A DNA stretch of 54,188 bases. It comes from an uncultured Planctomycetaceae bacterium (GTDB lineage: Bacteria > Planctomycetota > Phycisphaerae > SM23-33). Shown here one piece after another: positions 36,533 to 44,352 of this stretch (within the stretch, counting starts at the first letter, position 1; each line of letters begins with the position of its first letter). Under the pieces are notes generated by a model. The model saw only the letters and a program-made list of their open reading frames with translations. It searched no databases and was not told the origin of the DNA. The position numbers and the translations under genes are program-made. The DNA lies in contig CAZXOC010000007.1 of the NCBI GenBank assembly GCA_964642165.1, positions 2,776-56,963 of the forward strand, read 5' to 3'.

Positions 36533-39500
36533 ATGAGGATTCGCAGAGGCGTTCTCGCGTGCGCGTGGTTGGCGATGGTGGCGATGGGCTCGCCCGAGGC
36601 GGCGTCGGGCGGCGACTGGCCGCAGTGGCGCTGCGACGCCGGCAGGACGGCCGCGGCGCCGGAAGAGCTTCCCGGCAGGCTTCATCTCCAGTGGGTCCGC
36701 CAGCTCCCGCCGCCCAGGCCGGCCTGGCCGAAGTACCCCAGGCTTCAGTTCGACGCCTCCTACGAGCCCGTCGTGATGGGCAAGACGATGTTCGTCGCGT
36801 CGATGGTCACCGACAGCGTCACCGCGCTGGACACCGCCACCGGTGCGGAGAGGTGGCGCTTCTACGCCGGCGGGCCGGTCCGCTTCGCCCCGGTCGCGCA
36901 GGATGGGAAGGTCTACTTCATCTGCGACGACGGGCTGCTCTACTGCCTCGACGCCGCCGGCGGGCGCCTGCGCTGGACGTTCCGCGCCCTGCCGACCGGG
37001 CGAACCGACGCCAAGGTCCTCGGCAACGAGCGCCTGATCTCCCTCTGGCCGGCGCGCGGCGGGCCGGTGCTCGCCGACGGGACGATCTACTTCGCGGCGG
37101 GCATCTGGCCGTTCGAGGGCGTCTACGTCTATGCCGTCGATGCCGAGACGGGCAAGGCGGTCTGGTCCAACACCGACAGCGGGTACATCAAGGACGGCCT
37201 GGTGGACCACGGCCTGAAGACGGGCCCGCGCGGCGCGTCGGGGCTCGCGCCCCAGGGGTACCTGACCGTCATCGGCGAGAGGCTCATCGTCCCCTGCGGG
37301 CGCGCGCTGCCGGGCTTCCTCGACCGCAAGACCGGCCGGCGCAAGCCCTACCTGACCGGCTGGGGCGGGCGCGTCAGCCTGGCCAAGGGCTGCTGGTACG
37401 TCCCCGCGGCGGGGAAGTACTTCGCCCACACGGGCGACCTGTGCGAGCTGGCCACCCGCGCGCACCTGGAGGTCGACCCCGCCAACCGGAAGGAGATCGG
37501 CGAGAGCCGCCGCGTCGTCCTCACGGAGGAGGTGATGTACTACTCGCGCCCCGTCAACAAGAGCCGGCGAGACAGCTACCGGCCCGTCGGGGCCGGCTGG
37601 GACCGCATCGTGGCCTGCGACCTGACCAACCCCACGGTCCGCGTCCGCAAGGACCGGCGCGGCGAGGACTGGAAGCGGGCGACGCTCCGGACGCTGTGGT
37701 CCCTGCCGTCGGCGCTGGAGGTGCACATCAAGGCCGGTAGGCGCCTCTACGCGGGCGCGCCGGGCACGGTTGCGGCCGTGGACCTGCCCCGGCAAGGCAA
37801 GCGGGCGGAGGTCTCCTGGCGGACGAAGATCCCCGGCACGCCGGCGCGGATGCTGGCCGCCGACGGCAAGCTGTTCGTCGTGACCCGCCAAGGCGCGATC
37901 CACTGCTTCGGGGCGGACCGCGCCGAGCCGCGGCGCCACGACATCGCGCCCGACAAGCCGCGCCCGGCCCCCGCGCCGTGGGCCCGACGCGCCGCCGACG
38001 CCCTGCGGCAGACGACCGTCCAGCGCATCGCCGCGTCCCGCCCCGGCGAGCCGACCGTCGCCATGCGCCTCGACACCCGCCCCGTGGACGTCCGCTGGCC
38101 GACCGAATGGCAGGTCTTCGGGCCGCTGCCGAAGAGGAGCAAACTCCTGCCCGGCAGCGCCCTGAAGACCATCCCGGCCAAGCTGACGCTGGACGGGAAC
38201 GACCACCTCCCGCGCCGCCTGGCCACCGTGGACGACACGCTGGACTTCACCTGCCTCTACGGAGGCTACGGCCACAAGCCCCTCGCCCCGGGCGCCCGGC
38301 CGACGGTCTTCCCGCGACCGGGGACCCGCCGGGACGACAAGATGCCGCTGAAGCTGGCCTATGCCATGGCCGAGATCGACTGCCCCTCTCCCGGGCGGCT
38401 GACCATCGGCGCCGCCGCCGACGGGCGGATGGCCTGGTACCTGGACGGCAACTGCATCTACGACCCCAACAGCAACGAGGGCGTCTGGGCCTGTTACGGC
38501 CTGCGGGGACGGCTGTTCACCACCGACGTCTCGGCGGGGCGACACGTGCTGGCCGCCGCGGTGCGAGCCGGGTGGCGAGGTTGGGACCTGGCGTCCGCAG
38601 GCGGCGCCAAGCCCGACGCGCAGTTCAAGGCCTCCATGGCGGGCATCTCCCACACGGACGTCATGCAGGGCTACGCCCTGGTCCTGGGCGTCGGCAGCGG
38701 GCACCTGGCGGAGGAGCTGGCCCGGCAGTCGAGGATGCACGTCGTCGTGGTGGAACCGGACGCCGCGAAGGCCGAGGCGTTCCGCCGACGGCTGGACGCG
38801 ACCGGGCTGTACGCCGCGCGCCTCGCCATCGTCGTGGGCGATCCGCTCACGCTCCGCCTGCCGCCCTACTTCGCCGACCTGGTGGCCTCGGAGGACCTGG
38901 CGCCCCTGCTGGCCGCCGGGGCAGCCGAGACCGGGCGCAAGCTGGTCTCGAAGGTGTTCGGCTGCCTGCGTCCCTACGGCGGGGTGGCCTGCCTGCCCGT
39001 CGCCGCCGACAAGCAGGAGACGTTCGCCCGTTGGGTCAAGGCCGCCGCTCTGCCCGGCGCCGAGGTGCGCCGCGCCGGCGGGCTGGCCCTGCTGCGCCGC
39101 CCCGCGGCGCTGCCCGGATCGGCCGACTGGACGCACGAGCGCGCCGACGCCGCCAACTCGTTCTGCTCCCGCGAGCGCCGCGTCCGCACGCCGCTTCGCG
39201 TCCTGTGGTTCGGCGGGTCCATCGACCTCCTCTTCCCCGACTGGGACTTCACCCACTCGCGGCACCCCATCCCGCTCGTCGTGGGCGGGCGCGTCTTCAT
39301 CCAGCAGGCGTGGACCCTCGCCGCGGCGGACATCTTCACCGGCCGCCTCCTGTGGAAGGTCTCCCTGCCGGCGCCGCGGGACAGGTACCACAGCTACGCG
39401 GCCGCGACGGACGGCGTCTACGTGGGCTGCGGAGGCGAGCTGCTGCGGCTGGACCCCGCCACCGGCCGGACCCTCGCACGGATCCGCCCGCCCGCCGGCG

Positions 39501-40258
39501 TGGCCGGCGCGTGGCGAGAGGTCGCCATTCGCGGCAACCTGCTCCTCGGCCAGGTCGGCCGGCACCTGGTCGCCATGGACCGCCGTTCGGGCGGGGTGTC
39601 GTGGTCCCACAAGTGCCGGGACGAGCTGACGGACTTCGCCGTCGGCGGCGGGCGGGTGTTCCTGGCGGACTGCCCCGTGCCCGCCAGGGGCTACAAGGCC
39701 ACGCCGCAGGCCAGGCTCATCGCCCTGGACGCCCGCAGCGGTCAGGCCGCCTGGACCGTGCCGGCGACGCTCTGGGTCGGCCCGAGGTCCCACCCGCGGC
39801 TGGGCTACTCGGAGGCGGGCGACCTGCTGGTGGTTGAGCACAGGGACGTGCAGGCCCACCGGCCCGCCGACGGCAAGCTCCTGTGGCACCAGCCGGCAAA
39901 GCAGGCCGTCCCCTACGTCCTCCACCCCGAGGCGATCGTCAACGCCCGGACGGGCGAGCAGTACGACCCGCGGACCGGCGAGAAACGCCGGCGCCGGCTG
40001 TGGTCGGCGAAGCTGAGGGGATGCAGCCACGCGGTCGCCAGCGAGTACGTCCTGACCGTCCGCGACGGACACGCGACGTACTTCGACCTGACGAGCGGCC
40101 GGCGGATGTTCCTCAGGGGCCTGCGCTCCGGCTGCACGCCCAGCCTGATCCCGGCCGACGGCCTGCTGAACATCCCCAACTTCGCGCGCGGGTGCAGCTG
40201 CAACTACGCGGTTTTCACGTCCCTGGCCCTCGTGCCGGCCGGGGGCGGCGAAGAATGA
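36533..40258 (+). CDS. Secreted PQQ-binding-like beta-propeller protein with an internal SAM-methyltransferase-like domain
   Basis: Start MRIRRGVLACAW after GGGAG; DWPQWRCDAGRT, ISLWPARGGPV, LAPQGYL, GYALVLGVGSG, LRPYGG, WTHERADAANS, and a Cys-containing C-terminus; 1241 aa. Confidence 0.85.
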   Translation: MRIRRGVLACAWLAMVAMGSPEAASGGDWPQWRCDAGRTAAAPEELPGRLHLQWVRQLPPPRPAWPKYPRLQFDASYEPVVMGKTMFVASMVTDSVTALDTATGAERWRFYAGGPVRFAPVAQDGKVYFICDDGLLYCLDAAGGRLRWTFRALPTGRTDAKVLGNERLISLWPARGGPVLADGTIYFAAGIWPFEGVYVYAVDAETGKAVWSNTDSGYIKDGLVDHGLKTGPRGASGLAPQGYLTVIGERLIVPCGRALPGFLDRKTGRRKPYLTGWGGRVSLAKGCWYVPAAGKYFAHTGDLCELATRAHLEVDPANRKEIGESRRVVLTEEVMYYSRPVNKSRRDSYRPVGAGWDRIVACDLTNPTVRVRKDRRGEDWKRATLRTLWSLPSALEVHIKAGRRLYAGAPGTVAAVDLPRQGKRAEVSWRTKIPGTPARMLAADGKLFVVTRQGAIHCFGADRAEPRRHDIAPDKPRPAPAPWARRAADALRQTTVQRIAASRPGEPTVAMRLDTRPVDVRWPTEWQVFGPLPKRSKLLPGSALKTIPAKLTLDGNDHLPRRLATVDDTLDFTCLYGGYGHKPLAPGARPTVFPRPGTRRDDKMPLKLAYAMAEIDCPSPGRLTIGAAADGRMAWYLDGNCIYDPNSNEGVWACYGLRGRLFTTDVSAGRHVLAAAVRAGWRGWDLASAGGAKPDAQFKASMAGISHTDVMQGYALVLGVGSGHLAEELARQSRMHVVVVEPDAAKAEAFRRRLDATGLYAARLAIVVGDPLTLRLPPYFADLVASEDLAPLLAAGAAETGRKLVSKVFGCLRPYGGVACLPVAADKQETFARWVKAAALPGAEVRRAGGLALLRRPAALPGSADWTHERADAANSFCSRERRVRTPLRVLWFGGSIDLLFPDWDFTHSRHPIPLVVGGRVFIQQAWTLAAADIFTGRLLWKVSLPAPRDRYHSYAAATDGVYVGCGGELLRLDPATGRTLARIRPPAGVAGAWREVAIRGNLLLGQVGRHLVAMDRRSGGVSWSHKCRDELTDFAVGGGRVFLADCPVPARGYKATPQARLIALDARSGQAAWTVPATLWVGPRSHPRLGYSEAGDLLVVEHRDVQAHRPADGKLLWHQPAKQAVPYVLHPEAIVNARTGEQYDPRTGEKRRRRLWSAKLRGCSHAVASEYVLTVRDGHATYFDLTSGRRMFLRGLRSGCTPSLIPADGLLNIPNFARGCSCNYAVFTSLALVPAGGGEE

Positions 40259-40350
40259 TGCGGCAGGGAGGCGGAGGGTCAGGGAGACGCCAACCGCTGC
40301 GGATTGCGGCGAACCGAAGAGGCCGTTCAACGAGGGCGAAACGTTGGGCA

Positions 40351-40382
40351 GACAGGCCCATCCGAGGCCGGATGGGCCTGTC
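40351..40382. terminator. Perfect 14-bp hairpin between convergent genes (probable bidirectional terminator)
   Basis: GACAGGCCCATCCG-aggc-CGGATGGGCCTGTC; no clear U-tract. Confidence 0.65.
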
Positions 40383-40438
40383 GAGCAACCTTCCTCGCCG
40401 AAGGGCCCGGCCGATCGGCCGGCCGGCGCACCGTTGTC

Positions 40439-42064
40439 TCATGCGGCCACTTGCAGGTAGCCGCCGACATTCTCGAAATCGTAGCAGACGGGCGTGTGGT
40501 CGTCGCCCCAGGTCCAGCCCCGCAGTTGGACATCACCGTTCTCGACCGTCACGCACCAGAGGAACTCCTCCCAGCGTCCTGCGGTCCCGCTGTTCTCGTA
40601 CTGCGGGAATGGGCTCTCGCGGTGCCCTCGAAGGCAAGCCAGCCAGCGGTCGGGCACGTCGGGGTCTTCTCGGGGGCTGTGCGTGTGCCCGAGAATGAAC
40701 TGCGGGACATACGGATGGTCGCCGAAGTCCTCCCGGACAGTGTCGCAGAACGCCACCTCGTCAATGGTGGTCCAACTGGAGGCCAGCTCGTCCCCGAATC
40801 CCTGACCCCAGAGCTTGCTCTCCCAGTCGGCACGTTCGGTGTATCCGGCGGCAAGCGACGGGATCCCTGAGACGACCATGGTGACGATCTCGCCGGCCGC
40901 GCTGCATGCCGGCGTGTTCCATTCATCAAGCTGATGGCCGTGGGCCACGATGACCTCCGGGCTCTTCCCGCCGTGATGGTGCATGTCCGATCCGTAGTCG
41001 CCCAGGAAGGCGTAGTCGAAGACCTCCAGCTCGGGATAGACGACGCGGAGCCCGTCGATGAACTCCGCCTGCCTCCAGGGATCGTCGTGGTTGCCCGCCA
41101 CGCGTACGAACCGGCCCCGGTCGTGGTACAGCGTCCGAATCAGTTGGTATACGTCGGCGTTGCTCTCGAAGATCCGGACGGCCTGCTCGCGAGTGCGGTG
41201 GTTGTCGTACTCCTCGCCCATCGAGGCCGTCAGCGGGAACGTCAGGACGAAGAAGGTCTCCAGAACGGCGTCGCGGAGCGTCACCTCGCGCATCCACAGG
41301 TCTTCGATGTCCCCGTTCTCGATCAGCGTGTAGGGCTCCTGGACCGCGGCATAGGAGGCCAGAACGGCCCTGTACAGCTCGTGGTTGCCCAACTGCCGGA
41401 ACCTGTCGAGCGGGTCTCCTTCGATGAAGAGATGCAGGTCGCTGACGATCACGTAGTTGCCCGAGGTCGGAAGGAACGCCACGGGCCTCTCTGCCAGCAG
41501 GTCCTCGTCCAGCTCGAACAGGCCCTCGATGATATCGTACTCCTTCCCCACGACTCCCACGATCTCACACACGATCCATATCATGAGAGCCGAGAGGAGC
41601 AGCGGCGAGAGGATCAGCACCCAAAGCGCCCGTTCCAGGAACGGGAGGACCTTCTCCTCGATGAACTCCCCCACGGCGTGGGCGGCGGCCTCGATCCAGC
41701 CCCAGACGGTGGCAGCGGCGTTCTGCACCCAGTCCCACGCCGACCCGGCGGCCTCCCGGACCCAGTCCCAGGCGTCGGCGGCCGTGCTGGCGGTCCATTC
41801 CCAAACGTCGTGGGCGACCTGCTTGACCCAGTCCCATAGCGAGCTTCCGGCCTCGGCGATCCAGTCCCAGACGGCCGCCGCGGCATCCGCTGCGCTCTCC
41901 AGCAGGCTGCCGAGCCCTTCGCCGGCCTCGGATATCCACCCCCCTACGGTGGCGATGCCTTCCTCCACGGCGTCCACGAGCGAGTCGACCATGTCCTCGC
42001 CCAGATCGACGGCCGCGTCGGAGAGGTCGCTGACGGTATCGCACACGCATCCGCACCAGGACAT
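40439..42064 (-). CDS. Calcineurin-like metallophosphoesterase (LpxH-like motifs) with N-terminal 11-residue Trp repeats and a TM helix
   Basis: Start MSWCGCVCD after AGGAGG; SDLH, NGDIEDLW, GNHDD, AHGHQLD, LGHTH and NSG motifs; 541 aa. Confidence 0.85.
   Translation of the reverse strand: MSWCGCVCDTVSDLSDAAVDLGEDMVDSLVDAVEEGIATVGGWISEAGEGLGSLLESAADAAAAVWDWIAEAGSSLWDWVKQVAHDVWEWTASTAADAWDWVREAAGSAWDWVQNAAATVWGWIEAAAHAVGEFIEEKVLPFLERALWVLILSPLLLSALMIWIVCEIVGVVGKEYDIIEGLFELDEDLLAERPVAFLPTSGNYVIVSDLHLFIEGDPLDRFRQLGNHELYRAVLASYAAVQEPYTLIENGDIEDLWMREVTLRDAVLETFFVLTFPLTASMGEEYDNHRTREQAVRIFESNADVYQLIRTLYHDRGRFVRVAGNHDDPWRQAEFIDGLRVVYPELEVFDYAFLGDYGSDMHHHGGKSPEVIVAHGHQLDEWNTPACSAAGEIVTMVVSGIPSLAAGYTERADWESKLWGQGFGDELASSWTTIDEVAFCDTVREDFGDHPYVPQFILGHTHSPREDPDVPDRWLACLRGHRESPFPQYENSGTAGRWEEFLWCVTVENGDVQLRGWTWGDDHTPVCYDFENVGGYLQVAA
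41687..41884 (-). repeat. Six 11-aa (33-bp period) amphipathic W-[DEG]-W repeats
   Basis: AAAAVWDWIAE/AGSSLWDWVKQ/VAHDVWEWTAS/TAADAWDWVRE/AAGSAWDWVQN/AAATVWGWIEA; first Trp at residues 66, 77, 88, 99, 110 and 121. Confidence 0.9.
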
Positions 42065-42074
42065 GGCGGGCCTC

Positions 42075-42554
42075 CTACTTTGGGCGGGCGGCGCGGGCGC
42101 TGACTTCCGCCAGCACGAGCTCAAACGCCTGCTCGTCGGTGAACCCCACGCTCTTCAGAGCGCCGAACTTCTTCCACAGGAGCGTCGCGGTCTCCTGGAG
42201 GATCCCTTCGACGTCGGAACTGCCCGCCACGTGATGGATTCCGGCCTTGGCCGCCGACATCCTGGCGTCCAGCAAGTTGAGCGGCTTCGCCCCGGCCAGG
42301 AGCGTGTCCTTGACCACCGCGTCGGCATCGCGCTGGATCAGCGTTGTCGCACGGTTGCTCATGGCCTTCGCCGTGGCTGCCTTGACGGCGGCCTTGACGC
42401 TCGCCGACAACTTGCCAGGGTCGATGCCCATCTTCTTTGCGACTTCCTTCTCGGCGGCCTGTGTCGCCGCCGCCAGTTCCCCGGGGGTGAACTTGATCCC
42501 ACCGGTAGGAGCGGGCGCCCGACGAGCGGCCCTCTTAGCGCGCTTCTGTGCCAT
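42075..42554 (-). CDS. Hypothetical Ala/Lys-rich helical protein (159 aa)
   Basis: AAAGGAG RBS and an upstream promoter; ends 10 nt before the phosphoesterase start; C-terminal KKFGALKSVGFTDEQAFELV. Confidence 0.8.
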   Translation of the reverse strand: MAQKRAKRAARRAPAPTGGIKFTPGELAAATQAAEKEVAKKMGIDPGKLSASVKAAVKAATAKAMSNRATTLIQRDADAVVKDTLLAGAKPLNLLDARMSAAKAGIHHVAGSSDVEGILQETATLLWKKFGALKSVGFTDEQAFELVLAEVSARAARPK

Positions 42555-42635
42555 CGGAGTCTCCTTTCCCGCAACAACCCCAAGGTCCCAAACCGGAATA
42601 GTCCCGCGACCTTCGCGGGTCCGCTTATGTCGATC

Positions 42636-42664
42636 ATTCTAACCAAAGCCGTCGGCAGTCGCAA
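42636..42664 (-). promoter_or_regulatory. Sigma70-like promoter of the two-gene islet
   Basis: Minus strand TTGCGA-17 nt-TAGAAT. Confidence 0.7.
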
Positions 42665-42727
42665 ATCACTGGGTTCGCCCAGGCGAGCCCAAGGCGGCTC
42701 CTCGGGTGGCATCCGGGACCGTCGCCC

Positions 42728-42827
42728 CTGCTTCTCCTCGGGGATGCTCAGCTCGGGCAGCCTGCCGCGCAGGCAGGCCCGCGACTTCTTTCGTGATCGG
42801 GGGCCCGGCCCTCGCACTCCAAGCTGA
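42728..42827 (-). pseudogene. Decayed duplicate of the 3' end of the TIM-barrel gene 45885-46754
   Basis: 42731-42788 matches 45888-45945 at 51/58 nt, then continues with small indels to ...CCCTCGCACTCCA[A/T]GCTGA. It translates as KSRACLRGRLPELSIPEEK versus KSLAWLRGTLAELGIPEEK; the stop TAG has become CAG. Confidence 0.85.
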
Positions 42828-42868
42828 CGCCCCCGCCGGCAAGTAATCCCCGGTGCGGGCGGGCTGGC

Positions 42869-44323
42869 CTACGTCTGGGGCATCGTCCAGTCTTTGGGGG
42901 CCTGGAAGCCCTTGCGGCCCTGGCCGTAGGGAGGCAGGCCCTTCTCGTACCGCAGGGCGCGGAAGGCCTTGAGGTCCTCCAGCAGGGCGCGGACGACGTC
43001 CGGGTGCCTGTCGGCGAGGTTGACCTTCTCGTTCGGGTCCTCGTTGATGCGGAAGAGGAAGAGCTTGGCGCCCTTGCCACCCGCGCGCCCGGCGGGAGCG
43101 GGGCCGAGGATCGGCGGGCCCTCGCGGACGAGCTTCCAGTCGGCGGCGATGACGGCGAGCCGTTCGGACTGCTCGCCGCTCTGGGCCCAGTAGGAGTACC
43201 ACTTCCGCTTCGGCGGCCCGCCCCGGCCGGCCAGCGCGTCGTAGACGTCGACGCCGTCGAGGGGCTTGCCTTCGTGCCTGCCCGCGCCGACGATCCGCCG
43301 CAGCGTCGGCAGCACGTCGATGTAGCCCATCACGGCGGAGACCTTCCGCCCGCCCCTCAGCCCGCCGGCGGGCCAGCGCGCCGACGCGGCGACGCGGATC
43401 CCGCCCTCGAAGAGCGTCTGCTTGCCGCCCCGAAGCGGCGTGTTGTCGGCGCCGGCGCCGCCGCCGTTGTCGCTGAAGAACCACACGAGCGTGTTGTCGG
43501 CGATGCCTTTCCTCTCGAGCGCGTCGAGCACGCGGCCGATGCCGTCGTCCATGCAGGCGACCATGGCGGCATAGGTCCGCCGCCTGCCCTTCAGGTGCGC
43601 GTATCTGCGGAGGTACTCCTCCGGCGCCTGGAGCGGCGTGTGCGGGGCGTTGAACGGCAGGTAGAGGAAGAAGGGCCCGTCCGCCGGGCTGTCGGCGATG
43701 AACTTCGCGGCCTCGGCGGCCAGCAGGTTGGTGGAGTACCCGCTCTCCCGCGCCGGGGCGTGGTCGCGATGCCAGTCCAGCTCGCCTTCCCGCAGGTGCG
43801 TGAAGTAGTCGATCGCCCCGTTGTAGCAGCCGTAGAAACGCGTGAAGCCCCGGTTGAGCGGGTGGTATCGCTTGTGGCAGTGCCCGAGGTGCCACTTCCC
43901 GAAGCACGCTCGCCGCTTGTAGCCCGCCCCGGCGAGCATCCCCGCCAGCGTCTCCTCGTCGTCCGGCAGGCCGTACTTCCGCCACGGGGGAATCACCGCC
44001 CGCATGATCCCGAAGCGCAGGGGCCAGCGGCCCGTCATCAGCCCGGCCCGCGTGGGCGAGCAGATCGGGCAGGCATAGAAGCGCTCCAGCCGCACGCCCT
44101 CGGCCGCCAGGCGATCGATGTTCGGCGTCTTGATCTCGCTGCCGTGATAGCCGACGTCGTTCCAGCCCAGGTCGTCCGCGACGATGATCACGATGTTGGG
44201 CTTGCGCGGCCGCATCGGCTTCTCCCGCGACGAGGCGGCGCGACCCATCGCCAGCCCGGCCGCGCCGAGCCCGAGCGCCTTCAGTGCGTCGCGGCGCGTG
44301 TGACCTCTTGCAGCGTGTGCCAT
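42869..44323 (-). CDS. Tat-exported S1 arylsulfatase (arylsulfatase B-like)
   Basis: Start MAHAARGHTRRDALK; ADDLGWNDVG, CSPTRAGLMTGR, GKWHLG, NAPHTPLQ, SDNGG, EGGIRV. Confidence 0.93.
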   Translation of the reverse strand: MAHAARGHTRRDALKALGLGAAGLAMGRAASSREKPMRPRKPNIVIIVADDLGWNDVGYHGSEIKTPNIDRLAAEGVRLERFYACPICSPTRAGLMTGRWPLRFGIMRAVIPPWRKYGLPDDEETLAGMLAGAGYKRRACFGKWHLGHCHKRYHPLNRGFTRFYGCYNGAIDYFTHLREGELDWHRDHAPARESGYSTNLLAAEAAKFIADSPADGPFFLYLPFNAPHTPLQAPEEYLRRYAHLKGRRRTYAAMVACMDDGIGRVLDALERKGIADNTLVWFFSDNGGGAGADNTPLRGGKQTLFEGGIRVAASARWPAGGLRGGRKVSAVMGYIDVLPTLRRIVGAGRHEGKPLDGVDVYDALAGRGGPPKRKWYSYWAQSGEQSERLAVIAADWKLVREGPPILGPAPAGRAGGKGAKLFLFRINEDPNEKVNLADRHPDVVRALLEDLKAFRALRYEKGLPPYGQGRKGFQAPKDWTMPQT

Positions 44324-44352
44324 TCGAATTCTCCCGGGGCGGCGCGCCCCGC

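Noticed and set aside
30268-40258. Apparent giant proteins of 1243 aa (30268-33999) and 2032 aa (34160-40258), and similarly 47660-52642, 42869-45793 and 51097-53925
   Set aside because: Only the 3' parts are real genes. Each true start has a signal peptide plus an RBS or ATGA overlap, and the 5' extensions overlap other genuine genes in another frame. There is no evidence for fusion or frameshifting.
40259-40350. Possible tRNA remnant or att site at the left edge of the low-GC islet
   Set aside because: No cloverleaf and no matching direct repeat found at the other edge; no integrase.
41687-41884. Prophage tape-measure gene
   Set aside because: The repeat tract is short, fused to a phosphoesterase, and no phage structural genes are present.
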